64,000 nt of DNA. Source: Callorhinchus milii. Its lineage: Eukaryota. Of the stretch, positions 1-13,793 are shown piece by piece. A program made the position numbers and the translations under genes. How positions within the stretch are numbered: position 1 is the first letter of the stretch; every line of letters starts with the position of its first letter. The stretch is from contig NW_024704742.1 in NCBI RefSeq assembly GCF_018977255.1, positions 63,490,001 to 63,554,000 of the forward strand, given 5' to 3'. The notes under the pieces were generated by a model that saw nothing but the letters and a program-made list of their open reading frames with translations, searched no databases and was not told the DNA's origin.

Positions 1-306
1 TAGTCTCAAGGCCCCAGGAAACTTGTTTAGCAACAATAGAAATAATGGGAGTCAGGCAAGGCAGGCAGCTTCAAGCTCTTTCTTTCTTTAAGGGTTTGCA
101 ATGAATAAAAGGTTCTTCATGCGTGTTGTTTTTCTTTCTCTCTTTTGTATTGATGTTATTTGTGAGATCTGAAATGCCTCATTCCTATACTGGTCCTGGG
201 AGATAAGCCTCATTGCAGGCTGGCACCAGACCAGCTAGTAATCTCACTGACTATAATTGTACAACTATTGTACAACTTCAGTAAAAGTTCAAGTCTGACC
301 ATCAAG

Positions 307-870
307 TAACAACAACAAATTACATTTGAATAGCTCCTTTCACATCAGGACGACGTCCCAAGGCACTGGACAGTCAGGGATCCACACCCGTGGTTGGGAT
401 CAGGAGGGCGGGGTGGGTAGGTGTAGGAGGGTGACTGAAGGCACGGTTGAAGAGGACGGTCTTGAGGCGGGTCTTGAAGGAGGCAAGGGAGGGGGTGAGG
501 TGGAGGAACTGTGGAATGGAATTCCAGAGGGTGGGGGCAGAGAGGCTGAAGGCCTGCCCCCAATGGTGGGACGGGCAAGACAGGGGACGTAAAGCAGGCC
601 GGAGCCCGCTGAGTGGAGGGAGCAGGCAGGTTGGTAGGGGGTTAGGAGGTCACAGAGGTAGGAGCGAAGCCGTGGAGGGCTTTGAACTTGAGCACCAGGA
701 TCTTTAACTATCCTCTATGTGATGGGGAGCCAGTGGAGTCGAGTGAGGATGGAGTTGATAGGGTCGCACAGCCTGGTGCTGGAGAGGACACAGGCTACAG
801 AGTTCTGGATGATTTGCAGTTTGTGGAGGGAAGAGTTGGGGAAGCCGACAAGCAGGGAGTCCAACACACA
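307..870 (-). mobile_element. L2 LINE 3' fragment
   Basis: LLVGFPNSSLHKLQIIQNSVA...LHWLPIT; 3' hairpin and (CAA)n on the plus strand. Confidence 0.85.
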
Positions 871-1274
871 CTCTGGGGTCCTCAAGACTTGGCTCTTGTG
901 AGGATGCACCAAATATTCTCCAGAATGAGATAAGCATGATGTGTCCTTCCAGGAAGAGATTGCACATTCCATTCCAATGCATCAGACACTGACAAATAAA
1001 TGGAATTAGTATATGCAGAAAATTTAAGTTGTATTCCATCATGCTGTAACCTGTTGACTGGATTGTGAAATGTAAAGGGTTTATTTTTGGGCAGCCAGGT
1101 ATCTGACATGCAGAAACCCATCACCGTACTTCACAGTGTCACAACCAGATTAAGAGTTCCCCATATGTAGGTGTCAGTCCGGCTCAGAGTCAGAAAGTTT
1201 TAGGTTCAAGCCCCACATCAGGCCTTGGAGCTCACATTCTAGGCTGACATTGCTTTGCTGGGGAAGTGCTGCAT

Positions 1275-1490
1275 CCCCCAGTCACTCCGCCTCGCCCCCT
1301 CCTTAGCCTCCTTCAAGTCCCACCTCAAAACCCTCCTCTTCGACCATGCCATCGGCCACCCCCCTTCCCCTCCCCTCCCTTCTCCCTCCCTGACCCCAGC
1401 TCGGGTCTGAACTGCTGTACGCTGTCCAGAGCCTTGGGATGTCCTCCCGACGTGAAAGGCGCTATACAAATGTAATCTTGTTGTTGTTGT
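1275..1490 (+). mobile_element. L2 3' end inserted into a Deu-type SINE
   Basis: L2 tail with (TTG)n; flanking TGCAT duplication at 1270-1274 and 1491-1495. Confidence 0.85.
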
Positions 1491-2216
1491 TGCATTGTCT
1501 GGGGTGCCATTGTTTGGATGAGATGTTAAACTGAGGCCTCACCTGCCTGTTCAGTTAGGTGATAATAGTGCCTCTGGCACTATTCAAAGGGAGGAGTTTC
1601 TCCTGGTGTCCAATTCCCAGATAAAATTGATCATTTACTTCAGGGCTGTATGTAGGATGTTGCTGTGCACAAATTGGGTGCCGCATTCACCTATAAAATA
1701 CAGTCATTTCACTTATGTTTCACCCACAAAATATAGTGTCAATTCACTTTACAATATATTCTGTGAAGCACTTTGAGACGTCTCGAAGATGTGATAAGGC
1801 GCAATATCAAATGCAAGGGTTATTATTGTTATTAATTAGAGTGTTTCATGTGAAGCACTTTGTAACGTCCTCGCAATGTGAAAGGCACAATATCATATGT
1901 AGGGATCACCATTATCGTTATTTTATTTTTACCCTGGCTGACAATCCTCTAAATAAGTTAATCAGTCCTTGTGTGACTATTTGTAGGAGCCTTGCAATAG
2001 GAAAACTGGATGCAGAAAGAAAACGTTTCAGGTCAGTCTGTCCCTTTTTTGATATGAAACAACAATACACACAATCAGAAGCATAAGATATTATTGTGAT
2101 ATTATTATCCCTCCACCATGTCATAAATTCATTCGCCATCGCAGTTGCAGTGTAGCTGTTGCCCTAGGAACAAAGCAAAAAAAAATTTCAGTCAATAAAT
2201 AGAATATAATTTATAG

Positions 2217-2643
2217 TAATAATAATCCTTGCATTTAATGTGGTCCTTTATCAGATTTGAAGGACATCTTAAAGTGTTTCACAGAAATAACTGAAATGGA
2301 GTGACTGCGTGTTTTGTGGGTGAATACAGCAGCACTGCAATATCCTATAAACAGCCATGAAGTGAGTGACCAATTTTATTTGGGGAATTGTTGGCCAAGA
2401 CATCAGGAGAAACTCCCTTCTCTTTTCGAATAGTGCCCTGGGATCTTTAAAGTCCACCTGAACAGCCAGGTAGGACCCCGGTTTAATATCTCATCTGAAG
2501 GACAGCATCTCCGACAACGCAATACACCCCAGCACTGCATTGGAGTGTCAGCTTAGACAATAATTCCATGTCCCAACATGGGATTTGACCCCACATCCTT
2601 CTGACTCAAAAGCAAGAGTGCTGCTATTGAGGCAAGCTGACAC
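2217..2643 (-). mobile_element. Deu-domain SINE (family B)
   Basis: Reverse complement of the 23189-23632 type. Confidence 0.8.
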
Positions 2644-3106
2644 AAAATTTATATTTATACAGCACCTTTCACACCAGGATGATATCGCAAAACCCTTTAT
2701 GCTGCTGACTGGGCACTCGGGCCGGAGAGTGGGAACTGCAGTCAGTGAAGAGCGGAAAGATGACCGAAAGCTTGATCAAGAGCATAAGTTTTGAGGCAGC
2801 CTTTGAAAATGGGGAGGTGGGGGCTAGGGGAGAGTTGCGTTGGTATGTATTTACAGAGAGGTAAAAGGGGGAATGGAGGTCTGATTCTTGGCAGAATGGC
2901 ATCAAGTGCCTGGTTTTGTGGGGGCAGGTATTATCCTGGTCTTCAAAGGCTGAGAGGAAGATGTGGTTAAATGCTATAGTTGTGCTGATTTAAGGAGGTG
3001 ATCCTATGGAGACACAACTAGATCATAGCTTAGGCTAACACTCCAGTGAAGTGCTGGGGGCGTTCTGTATTGTTGGAGGTGCCGTCCTTCAGATGAGACA
3101 TTAAAC

Positions 3107-3357
3107 AACAATAACAACAAGATTCCATTTATAGAGCGCCTTTCACGTCGGGAGGACGTCCCAAGGCGCTGTACAGTTGGGTCAGGACCCGAGCAGGGGG
3201 GAAATGGTCAGGGTGAGGGGAGGGAAGGGAGGGAGCGAGGAGGGGGTAGAGAGTCAAGAGGGGAGCTGAAGGCACGGTCAAAGAGAAAGGTCTTGAGACC
3301 GGCCTTGAAGGAGGAAAGGGAGGAGGCAAGGCGAAGGCACTGGGGGATAGAGGGGGG
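3107..3357 (-). mobile_element. L2 3' end inserted into a Deu-type SINE
   Basis: Same 3' UTR as the 55424-57450 element; flanking ATTAAAC duplication at 3100-3106 and 3358-3364. Confidence 0.88.
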
Positions 3358-4405
3358 ATTAAACTGAGTTCTTGTCTGCCAGGTTGATGAAAGAGATGCC
3401 GTTGCACTATTTGAAAAAAGTTTCTCCGTGTCCTGGCCAACAATCCTGCAGAGAGAAAAAAAATTGGTCACTTCACAGCTATGCGCAAATTGGCTACCAC
3501 ATTCACCTACAAACACATTCAGTACACTTGACTGAAAAAACTCTGTGAGGTTCTTTGAGATATTTAAATTTGGTAAGATTATATCAAAATGTTAGGATTA
3601 TTATTTGATGGAAGAGCTCTTAGCAGTAAATCCTGTGAATTGCTTCAAGACGATCTCACAACGTGAAAGGCGCTTTATCAATTGCATAGATTTGGGGGTG
3701 GGGAGTTAAAAAACACTTTTAGACGTCACCCTACTCGAAAGATGTTCTATGAATATAAATTCTTGCTTTTGTTGCTTTGATCTGGCTGACAAACTGCATG
3801 AAGTTCCTGAAATAATAATAATCCTTGCATTTGTTGGGCAAGTTTTCTTACTCTACACGCCTCTGTTTACCTTGCAGTAACCTGGTTGTTAGTAAATTGG
3901 GGGATCGCTTTTCCGGGGATAATAATGATATAGTGCTTTATCACTTTGTTGCGATGTTTCAAAGCCCTTCACGGAATATACTATAAAGTGAATTGACTGT
4001 ATATTTTGTATTTTGGGGAGTTAAAAAGCATTTGGAGACTTCACCCTATTTGAAAGATGTTCTATGAATGATCAGCTCACCCTGCACATCAAGCTCATAA
4101 CATTAGGGCAGTGCGTCCTGATAGAAACTGCTTACTCCTGGCACCAGTCGTGCTTTCCTGATCAGCCACAATCTGTCAGACCGGTTTTGGCGCCTTTTTG
4201 TGAAAACAACAGAATTGCCCTTTACATTCCAAATAGCAAAGTGACAGCTTTAAAAAGGTCACTCTGATCATCAGAGAGACCTGGGGTGGTGGGGGAAGGT
4301 GGGAGAGGAAGAGATCAAACTGGGATGTTACCCCCTCATAAAAGATTGACCTGATACCAACTGGGAGGAAACAATAGGTCTGATTGTCCTCAGACTAGTG
4401 AAAAC

Positions 4406-4762
4406 AATAATAATCCTTGCACTTGATATAGCGCTTTATCATGTTATTGAGGCCTTCAAAGCGCTTCACAGATTATACTGTAAAAGTGAATTGACTGTAT
4501 AATCTATGGGTGAAAGGGGGCAGCCAATTGCGCAGAGCAGTGTCCCACAAACAGTCATGGATATTCTTATTATTTTGTTTTGAAGGGATTATTAGCTCCG
4601 GAAAGTGATCTGCCAATTGACTAACAACCAAGTTCCTACTTACTGCTAGGTAATCAGAGGGGTGTGGAGTAAGGAAATTTGCCTAAGGTTTCGTCCCGCC
4701 CAGGAATTCAACCCTGGTCGTCTCCGGAGGCGAGTGCTTTAACCAGTAAACTACAGGACTCC
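4406..4762 (-). mobile_element. SINE family A, long form
   Basis: Same head and tail plus internal ...TACCTAGCAGTAAGTAGGAAC... segment. Confidence 0.85.
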
Positions 4763-4967
4763 TTTCACAATTCCCCCACCCCACCTTACAGTGCATGTGG
4801 GGGCATATTCAAATAACTTTGCTGGTTAAATAAGCTGTAAAACTGACTGCCACATTTTGTGAGATTAAATGGCAGCATTGCTTGTCGGACATGAACTGCA
4901 AAGTGACAGCTGTAACAAAAATGAGGTTTAAAAGCATATGGGGACATCAGCAATTGCATAAGTGCAA

Positions 4968-5330
4968 CCACAACAACAATAACAAATTACGTTTATGTAG
5001 CACCTTCTACATCGGGAGGACATCCCAAGTCACTGGACAGTAAGGGGGATTTGGACCCGAGCTGTGGGTTGGGATCAGGTAGAATGGAGGGCAGGGAAGG
5101 AGTAGGAAGGTGACCGAAGGCGGGGTCGAAGAGGAGGGTTTTGAGATGAGCCTTGAAGGAGGCAAGGGAGGGGGCGAGCCAAAGGGACTGTGGGGTGGAG
5201 TTCCAAAGGATGGGGGCAGAAAGGTTGTAGCCCAACCACTGATGGTGGGGCGGGCTGGGCAAGAACATGGAGCAGGCCAGAGCCTGCTGAGCGGAGGGAG
5301 CGGGCAGGTCTATATGGAGTTAGCAGGTCA
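4968..5330 (-). mobile_element. L2 3' fragment
   Basis: APILWNS...ASFKAHLKTLLF and L2 tail. Confidence 0.85.
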
Positions 5331-7887
5331 CACACACACACACACACAGATGTTGTGTTAGGACAGGGTTAGGTGAGGCCGAGTTGGTAAATCACAGGCA
5401 AATAATTCTTACAAGCCCACTTGATTGATGACAATTCTTATCAGTGGGCGTGTAAGAATTGTTACTTGGGTTAGGTGCTGAAAGAGATCTCACAAAGGAG
5501 CAACACTGCAACATAAATCACTTCCCTCAATGGAAAGAACAGGAGGAAAGCTTACTATTGAGCTGCAAAATATTTTTTGACAGCCAGGTGTCTGACACTT
5601 ACAGAAACCCGGCAACATGCTGAAGAGTATCCAAATCTGACTGAAAGCTCTACATATATATGCCACCTACACATGGAAATGTTGCTGTGTCTGGAACAGA
5701 TGGGCGTCTCCTGCTTAGCTAATTCCTACAAATTAAAATTGGTCACTCACTCTTCAGCTATTTGTGTGACATGCGCGAATTGGCTGTTACGTTCACCCAA
5801 AAATTCACAGTCACATACTTTATAGTATAATGAAAGGATTATTATGAATCCAGATAGTATTGGGGCCTAATCCTGCAAGTCTTTCTGATGAGCCAGGCTG
5901 GCTGATCTGTCACCAGCAGTGCTTAGAGTACTGTGGACATGCCTTGCTCAGAAACCGGACAACCGAGATCACCACAGAGGACTGACTCAATTCCATCATC
6001 CATTGCTGGACAAGTCAGCTTGGAGCTAGCTCAGTTCAAAAGAGACCCATTTATTCCACTCCCAACCCCATCCCTCCTTGGAGGATTGTACGTACCAATA
6101 CAGACTGGTTTGAATAAGAATGCTACGTTAATGAGACAATGTGAGTTCAAGAACTTCAGCTACTGGACTATAAGATCAACTGTGATCAGGAAATAGATTC
6201 TGCCAACACTTATGGAAAGGATTTTCATTCAGCAGCTCTTTGTCAGTGTGTGGATGGTACAAATTATTCAAACAGCCCTCATAATGTAGGCATGTCACTT
6301 GAATGCCAATGAGAGTTAGTCTTGACATCTACAGTATTGGACTAGATGGTTCAGGTCTTTAAAGGATTGTCCGAGCTTTCTAAGTTGATCTGGCTCAGTT
6401 GGTAGCAATCTCCTCTAAATTCAGAAGACTGTGGAATGCAAGTTCTACATAGGGGCTTTGAGCTCAGTGCAGGTTGATACTCCAGTGCAGTGCTATGGGG
6501 GGCACTGCATTGTCAGAGGTGCCGTACTTCTGATGAGAACCGAAATCAAGCTTTCATCAGCATGCTCAGGTGGACATTAAAGATACTGTGGCACTATTCA
6601 AAAAGATAAGAGAGTATCTCCTGATCTCTTGGCCAACAATTCCCCCAGATAAAAATAAATAATAATAATCCTTGCATTTGATTTAGCTCCTTATCACGTC
6701 TTCGAGATGTCTCAAAGCACTTCACAGAATATACTATAAAGTGAATTGACTATATATTTTGTGGGCGAAAAATGCCATTCACTTACTTCATGGTTAATTA
6801 TGGGACATTGTTATGCACAAATTGATAAACAAATACACAGTTGCTACACCTTACAGAAAAACTCTATGCTATGCTTTAAGACGTTTTGATGTGATAGGGC
6901 ACTATATCAAGTGCTAGGATTATTCTTTTTAATGTGAAGGTGTTCAGCAGCATTCAGCCCTTGCCCTGTCCTATAGAAATGTAGACCAAGAAAAGTCTAT
7001 TTATCCCATCAAGCTGGCTTTTTTTCCATGCAATTTCTACCCTGTCTCTGGCTTCACACCAAACTCTCTATCCCCTGGGGAAAAATATTGTGAAACCTAC
7101 ATGTATTCTTGCAAAAACATACATTCACTCAGCCCAACATCTACAACTCAGACCTGGATTCTTTCCAGCACTATTCTCAACATGGGCAAAAAGGAATCAA
7201 CCCAACAGGGGAAACAGGGGAGTTTCTCCTGTTGTCCTGGCCAACAATCCCACTAATTAAAATTGGTTACTTACTTCATGGCTATTTGTGGGATATTGCT
7301 GTGCACAAATTGGCTGCTACAAAATACACAGTCCTGTAAAGTGTATTGTGTATTTTGAGATGTCTCCTGATGATATCAAATACAAGCATTATTACTGTAA
7401 TCCTAGTATCATAAACATCATGTAGTCTTTAGTCCAACCCAATTGAACCATCATGATGTGCAGTGACTAAGGTTGAATGAACAAAACACGTTTGATTAAA
7501 CACAGAAATACAGGCCATCATTCAATATCAGTAATTGCTTGATCGCGAGGCAAATGAACACAGGTTAAAACATGCCAGCAATGTAATTACAATGTTAGTC
7601 ATCTTTCAGCAGCTCCACCCTGCGAAAGGCTGTACAAAACAACTTGACTCAAGCAAGGCTACTGCTGCATTCAGTGTGTCATATGCAAGGAGCATTAACG
7701 TTTACTGATTTTCACCATATTTATCTAAGCTACAGGACTCCACAATGATTGGGAAGTACGATGTGATGGGACAGATCAGCCAAATTCTACCCTAAGGGGA
7801 TTAGAGGTGTGGTGCTTATTGAGAAGGGAGTGGGGTTAGAGATTTCTGTACCTGTCCAAGGAAGACCTCTTATTTCGTACTGTATTT

Positions 7888-8203
7888 GGAGTCCTGTACC
7901 TCAGTGGTTAGAGCACTCGCTTTGCAAGCGAGAGACCTGAGTTCAATTCCCGGCAGGGTGAAACCTTGGGCAAGTTTCCTTACTCCACACGCCTAATAAT
8001 AATCCCTTTAAAAAACAAACAATAATAAATTGGTCATTTTCAATCTACGACTTTTTCTGGGACATTGCTGTGCGCAATTGGCTGCCGCGTTCGCCCACAA
8101 ATATACAGTCAATTCACTTTACAGCATATTCTGTGAAGCGCTTTGGGATGTCCTCCCGACGTGAAAAGCGCTATATTAAATGCAAGGATTATTATTATTA
8201 TTA
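7888..8203 (+). mobile_element. tRNA(Ala)-like-headed SINE (family A), full-length short form
   Basis: Head GGAGTCCTGTA.CTCAGTGGTTAGAGCACTCGCTTTGCAAGCGAG...GTTCAATTCC with pol III A/B boxes; L2-like 3' hairpin; (ATT)n tail. Confidence 0.9.
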
Positions 8204-9329
8204 CCACCAAATACTTTACAGGTGCTCCTTCGCACTTCCCTAAATAAAATAAATTGAATGTAAGAGACTTTATTCCTGATAATAATAATAATCCTTGCAT
8301 TTGGTATAGCATCTGATCATGTCGTTGAGACGTTCGCAAAGCACTTCACAGAATATACTGTAATGTGGATTGACTGTGCATTTTGTGGACAAAACTCGGC
8401 AGCCAATTGCGCACATTAGTGTCCCGTAAATAGTCGTGGAATGAGTGACCAATTTTTTTTTGGAGGGATTATCATCCCCGGAAAGCAATCCGTCAATCGA
8501 TTAACAACCAAGTTCCTACTTATTGCTAGGTAACCAGAGACATCCAGGAAATGAACCCTAGTCCTCGCTAATCACTATACTACGGGACTGCATAATTTGA
8601 TGGTACCTACGTTGAAGCTGAAACAAGTGTGAAATTAATGTGGCTTGTCACATTGCTTTACTTACCTCCTACAGGGACTTGCTGTCTGGAGAGCTATTAT
8701 TCCACGACTAGCTGTTGACATCCTCAGGGCACACAGGAAGCCAGTTTTCTTTTGACATTGAAGAGTGAGTCATTCAATTTCTAATTCAGTTCATTTATTA
8801 CTCAACATTAAATCTATCCACACCTCATATCATCTGACACAGTGATCGTATCAATGGCTGCTTTCAGTAATAAGTAAAGAGCAATTTGTAAATTAGAACC
8901 AAGTTGAATAAAGAGCAGTGCTCAAGTTACAGCATGAACTGCAAGATATTTTCCTAGCGTGCACGGATATCTCTAGCGACACTTCTCTCACAACAACCAC
9001 TACAACCTCACGGGATAGAATTTGGTCTGATCTGTCTTTGAATCTTTTGAATCCTAATCGGTATTTACTTATGCTGGGTTCAAAGGATTAGCATTTCCCA
9101 CCCACCGCCCACCCCCCCCCACCGCACCCCCCCATACCCAACACCACCTACACCGACAACAAACAGCCCCAATAGGTGCAAACTTAGACAGAAACAAAAG
9201 GGATTTTAAATACAATACAAAATTACATTTGTATAGCGCCTTTCATGTCTGGAGGACATCCTAAGGGGGTGGACAGTCAGGGATTTGGATGCAAGCAAGT
9301 TGAGGGGGTGAGGGAATGGTTTGGACAGT

Positions 9330-9943
9330 CCTCATACACGCCTTCATTACATCGAGGCTCGACTATGCAAACTCACTGCTTGTCGGCCTCCCCAACTCCT
9401 CTCTCCACAGGCTGCAGATTATCCAGAACTTTGCAGCCCGTGTCCTCTGCCGCACCAGGCTCTGTGACCCTATCAACCCCATCCTTGCCAAACTTCACTG
9501 GCTTCCCATCACACAGAGGATACAGTTCAAGATCCTGGTCCTCACCTTCAAAGCCCTCCACGGTCTTGCTCCCCCCTACCTCTCCGACCTCCTAAACCCC
9601 TACCATCCAGTTCTCTCCCTCCGCTCAGCGGGCCCCAGCCTGCTTCACGTCCCCCGCCTTGCTCGCCCTACTATCGGCGGGCGGGCCTTCCGCCACTCTG
9701 CACCCACCCTCTGGAACTTCATCCTGGAGTCCCTCTGTCTCGCTCCCTCCCTCGCCACCTTCAAGACCCAGCTCAAGACCCTCCTCTTCGACTGTGATTT
9801 TGATCTCCCTGCTTCCTCCCTGCCCTTCCCCCTCCCCATCCTGACCCTCAGCTCGGGTCCAAAACTGTCTGTCCAGCACCTTGGGACGCCCTCCTGACCT
9901 GAAAGGCGCGATATAAATGTAATTTTGTTGTTGTTGTTGTTGT
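9330..9943 (+). mobile_element. L2 3' fragment nested antisense within another L2 copy (9215-9310 and 9944-10190, minus)
   Basis: Open ORF2 C-terminus HAFITSRLDYANSLL...LHWLPITQRIQFK...FKTQLKT with (TTG)n tail; flanked by the tail and body of a minus-strand copy. Confidence 0.85.
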
Positions 9944-11920
9944 AGGGAGGTTGTGATCATGGAGGGTAGGATGGGAGGGAGGGTAGGAGGGTGATCAAAT
10001 GCACGGTCGAAGAGGAGGGTCTTGAGACGGGCTTTAAAGGAGGCAAGGGAGGGAGCAGGGTGAAGGGACTGTGGAATGGAATTCCAACGGGTGGGGGCAG
10101 AGAGGCTGAAGTCTCGACCGCCGATGGTGGGGCAAGCCGGGTGGGGAATGTGGAGCAGACCAGAGCCTGCTGAGCGTACGGAGCGGACAGAAGCAAAATT
10201 GGCACCATTCAAAATGAAAAGAGAGTTTCCTTTGGTGCCCCGACCGACAATCCTCCAGATAAGCTGAGTCATTAATTTCTCAAATGACCAAGAACTAGTG
10301 CAAAGAAATTGAAGTGATTTTTGGCAGGAAACTGAATGGGATTCATGTACAATTTGGTTCATTGTCTCATTCAAAGGATGGCACTTGCGACATTGTGGAG
10401 CAGCACTCCTTGCACTGCACTGGAGTAGCAGCATAGAACATAGAATATATGGGTTCTAGGTCCTAATATGGGACTTGAATTCACAATCTTCTGACCCAGA
10501 AATGAGGGTGCTACCAATTGAGCCAGGCAAGCAGATGATGGCCTATCAGTTTTAGTACTAAAACAACAATGTTATCTCTGAGTTGTGGCCTGAACAGTAA
10601 GCAAATGTTACTTGCATATGAGTGATTATGGCCTTACATTTTCACAGGGGTATTCAATTAATTGAACACACGAGGGCTAGTCAAATCCCCAATGTGAAAG
10701 GCGCTATACAAATGTAATTTGATATTGGTGTTGGTCCAAATTCCACTATCTTAGCCTATCAGACCATTTTGTCTTCAAATTTCTAACTGTGCTGTAGTGT
10801 GGAATTTATCCAATATCAGTCTTAAATTGGAAGTTGAAAACAACTGGCTTCCAAATTAACACTGAATTTTTTAAAATATAATTCTGCTCTATCTTAAATT
10901 GTAAGGCCGATTTTTCTTATCGACTAAGACCAGGTCAAATTTGGGGCTTCTGGAGGCTAACATTGATCTAACTTTTTAATAAAAGCTTACTTTGTTTTGT
11001 TGCAACAGTGCAACAGTCCAAACCACTTCATTAAGCTGCTTGACACCAGTTCCTTATTGCAGTGTAATCATGGGAATCAAAGGACATCCACCATTTACGC
11101 TTTAGGGACAAGCCACCCACTGAGACAGAATTCAGGCTTTCCCGTTTGCATTATTTAAGAAATGATACAGAGAAGGCAGTGTGACACTATTCAATTTGAC
11201 AAAACACTGCTGAACACACAAACAGAGGATGTGAGGGAATATGCAGAACCATTAGGAAATTAAATCCACTTTCTGTTGCTTATCTTATAGTTCGAACGTA
11301 GATCATTATGTCATGTGGTGTAACCCACAGAGGCAACAAGCGGGGGAGATGTATTAGCCTCCTGCGACATACCTACAACTTCTTGGTACAAGTTACGGAG
11401 AAGCCTTAGATGGTTCGGTTATACCCTCTGCCCTGCCCTTGCTGTGCCTTTCAATTAGGGATAAATCCGCAAAATGGGAGAACCTATTCAACAGTGTATG
11501 AAATTATAGTACTGCTTGGACTCACACAGAGAATGACCATTTGGGCATGATACCAAAGGGCAACCAGAGCTAGTGGAACTGTACCTCGGTGTAGTGGTTC
11601 ACTTTTCGAGAGGTGCGTGGGGAAGGAAGTGGAGAAGAAAAGCAGGTTTTACATATATAAATTGACATATTTATAGATATGACTGTCTTTATAGAGTATT
11701 ACTAAATGTTGGGTCTGGGTTAGGGTTACTGTGCCAGTTTACGGTTTCACAAACCAGTTTTGTTTTCTGGGAATCTGTAAACTACACTTTTTTGTTATTC
11801 ACGATATAATAAAAAATAGATTGGTCATTTTAATCTATGGTTGTTCATGGGACACTGTTGTGTGCAATTGGCTGCTGCATTTCTCCCACAACATATACAG
11901 TCAAATTCAGTTTACAGTAT

Positions 11921-12167
11921 AAACAAAACGCAATATACTGCAGATGCTGGAAATCTGAGACAAAACCAGAAGTCGCTGGGAACACTCAGCAGGTCAGGCA
12001 GTATCTATGAAGAAAGGAAAGTGAGTCAACGTTTTGGGTCCATGATCCTTCGTCAGAATGCCCTTCAGTTCTGACAAAGGGTCATGAACCCGAAATGTTG
12101 ACTCATTTTCCTTTCTCCGTAGATGCTGCCTGACCTGCTGAGTGTCCCCAGCGACTTCTGCCTTTGT
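11921..12167. mobile_element. Palindromic element, probably Penelope-like inverted terminal repeat
   Basis: ~100-bp inverted arms (11960-12057 and 12068-12167); flanked by a 15-bp duplication ttca(g/c)tttacagtat inside a SINE tail. Confidence 0.7.
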
Positions 12168-13163
12168 TTCACTTTACAGTATGTTCTGTGAAGCGCTTTG
12201 AGATGTCTCGAAGATGTGAGAAGGCACTATATGAAATGCAAGAATTATTATTATATTATAATTATAATAATAATATTATTATTATATAATATTATTATTA
12301 TTATATTATGATTGATTATTCTAATATTGTACTGACTGGAAATTTGGTGGAACTCGGTCTCAGTACATTGTTTGTAATTTGGTTGCAAGTGACTCTTAAG
12401 TGTACTTTTGTCTTGTGCTTTCTTCTGTGATTGTTCATTGCCTGCAAGTCTCTCTTGTCTGGGAGGTGAGGAGAGTAGGTCACCAGCTCCTCCCAGACTA
12501 GCAGGTCAGTGCTAGATTTTCAGGTATTTAAGGCAATGTGTCAGGGGTGCAGGTGTCTCCTGGTTCAGGTAGCACTCTTGTCTATGAGTCAGAAGATTGT
12601 GTATTCATGACCAAGTCAGGACTTTGATCTCACAATCTAGGGGGACACTCCGGTGCAGTGCTGGTGGAGTACTGTACTGGAGACTGGAGGTGCCATACTT
12701 TGAATGTTACACCAAGATCCAATCTGTCTTTTCAGGTGCATATTAAAGATCTCATGACACTATTTGAAAAGAGAAGGGAGTTTCTCCTGGTTTCCTAGCC
12801 AAAAAAAACAGAATAAAATGATTATTGACTTCATGGCTGTTTTGGGGACATTGCTGTGTACAAATTGGCTGCCACATTTGGCCACAAATGCAGTCACTAC
12901 ACTTTACAGTAAAATCTTATGAAGCGCTTCGATGATGCGATATCAACACAACAAGTTGCATTTTCTAATGCCTTTCAGGTCGGAAGGACGTCCCAAGGAC
13001 TGACAAGGCACAGGGAAGGATGGAAGGATTAATTTCATATTATTATATCATAAGGAAATGTGCAATGAAAGGTGCATTCATAATTGAAAGGATAGGTCAG
13101 TGTTAGCCTCATGATGCCTCAACCTTGTGCTCTTAGCCTTAAGACATCTTGAGTATTGATCCA

Positions 13164-13793
13164 TGTCCTGATGCTTAGTGGTTAGAGAACTTGCCTCACA
13201 AGAGAGAGGACCTGGGTTCAATTCCCGGCAGGGGAAAATATTGGGCAAGTTTCCTTATTCCATACAGACAAGATAATAATCCCTCCAAAAAACAAAACAA
13301 TAATAAATTGGTCATTTTCAATCCACGACTGTTTGTGGGACACTGCTGTGCGCAATTGGCTTCCGCGTTCGCCCACAAATATACAGTCAATTCACTTTAC
13401 AGTATATTCTGTGAAGCGCTTTGGGACGTCTAGAAGACGTGAAAAGCGCTATATCAAATGCAAGGATTATTATTATTGTTATTTTTATTACTCCATACAT
13501 CTCTTTACCTAGCAGTAAGTAGGAACCCGGTTGTTAGTCGATTGCGGATCCCTTTTCTGGAGGTAAGAATCCCTCCCAAAAATATATATATATTTAAAAA
13601 TAATAATTTGGTCACTTAATTCATGTCTGTTTGTGGGACACTGCTGTGTTATTTGAAGCGAGCTCTCTTCATCTACAACAGTTTTGGTTCGTTCGCCCAC
13701 AAAACATACAGTCAATTTACAGTATATTCTGTGAAGCGCGTTGAGAAGTCTAGAAGATGTAATAAGGGGCTATATAAGATGCAAGGATTATTA
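13164..13793 (+). mobile_element. Two tandem SINE family A copies (short form, then headless long form)
   Basis: Similarity to 7888-8203 and 4406-4762. Confidence 0.85.

Noticed and set aside
7888..7960. tRNA-Ala gene (also 51753, 62364 and others)
   Set aside because: Has A/B boxes and an anticodon-like arm but continues into a SINE body and tail in many diverged copies; these are SINE heads.
9316..10434. 193-aa and 269-aa ORFs as host genes
   Set aside because: L2 ORF2 C-terminal fragments and antisense read-through.
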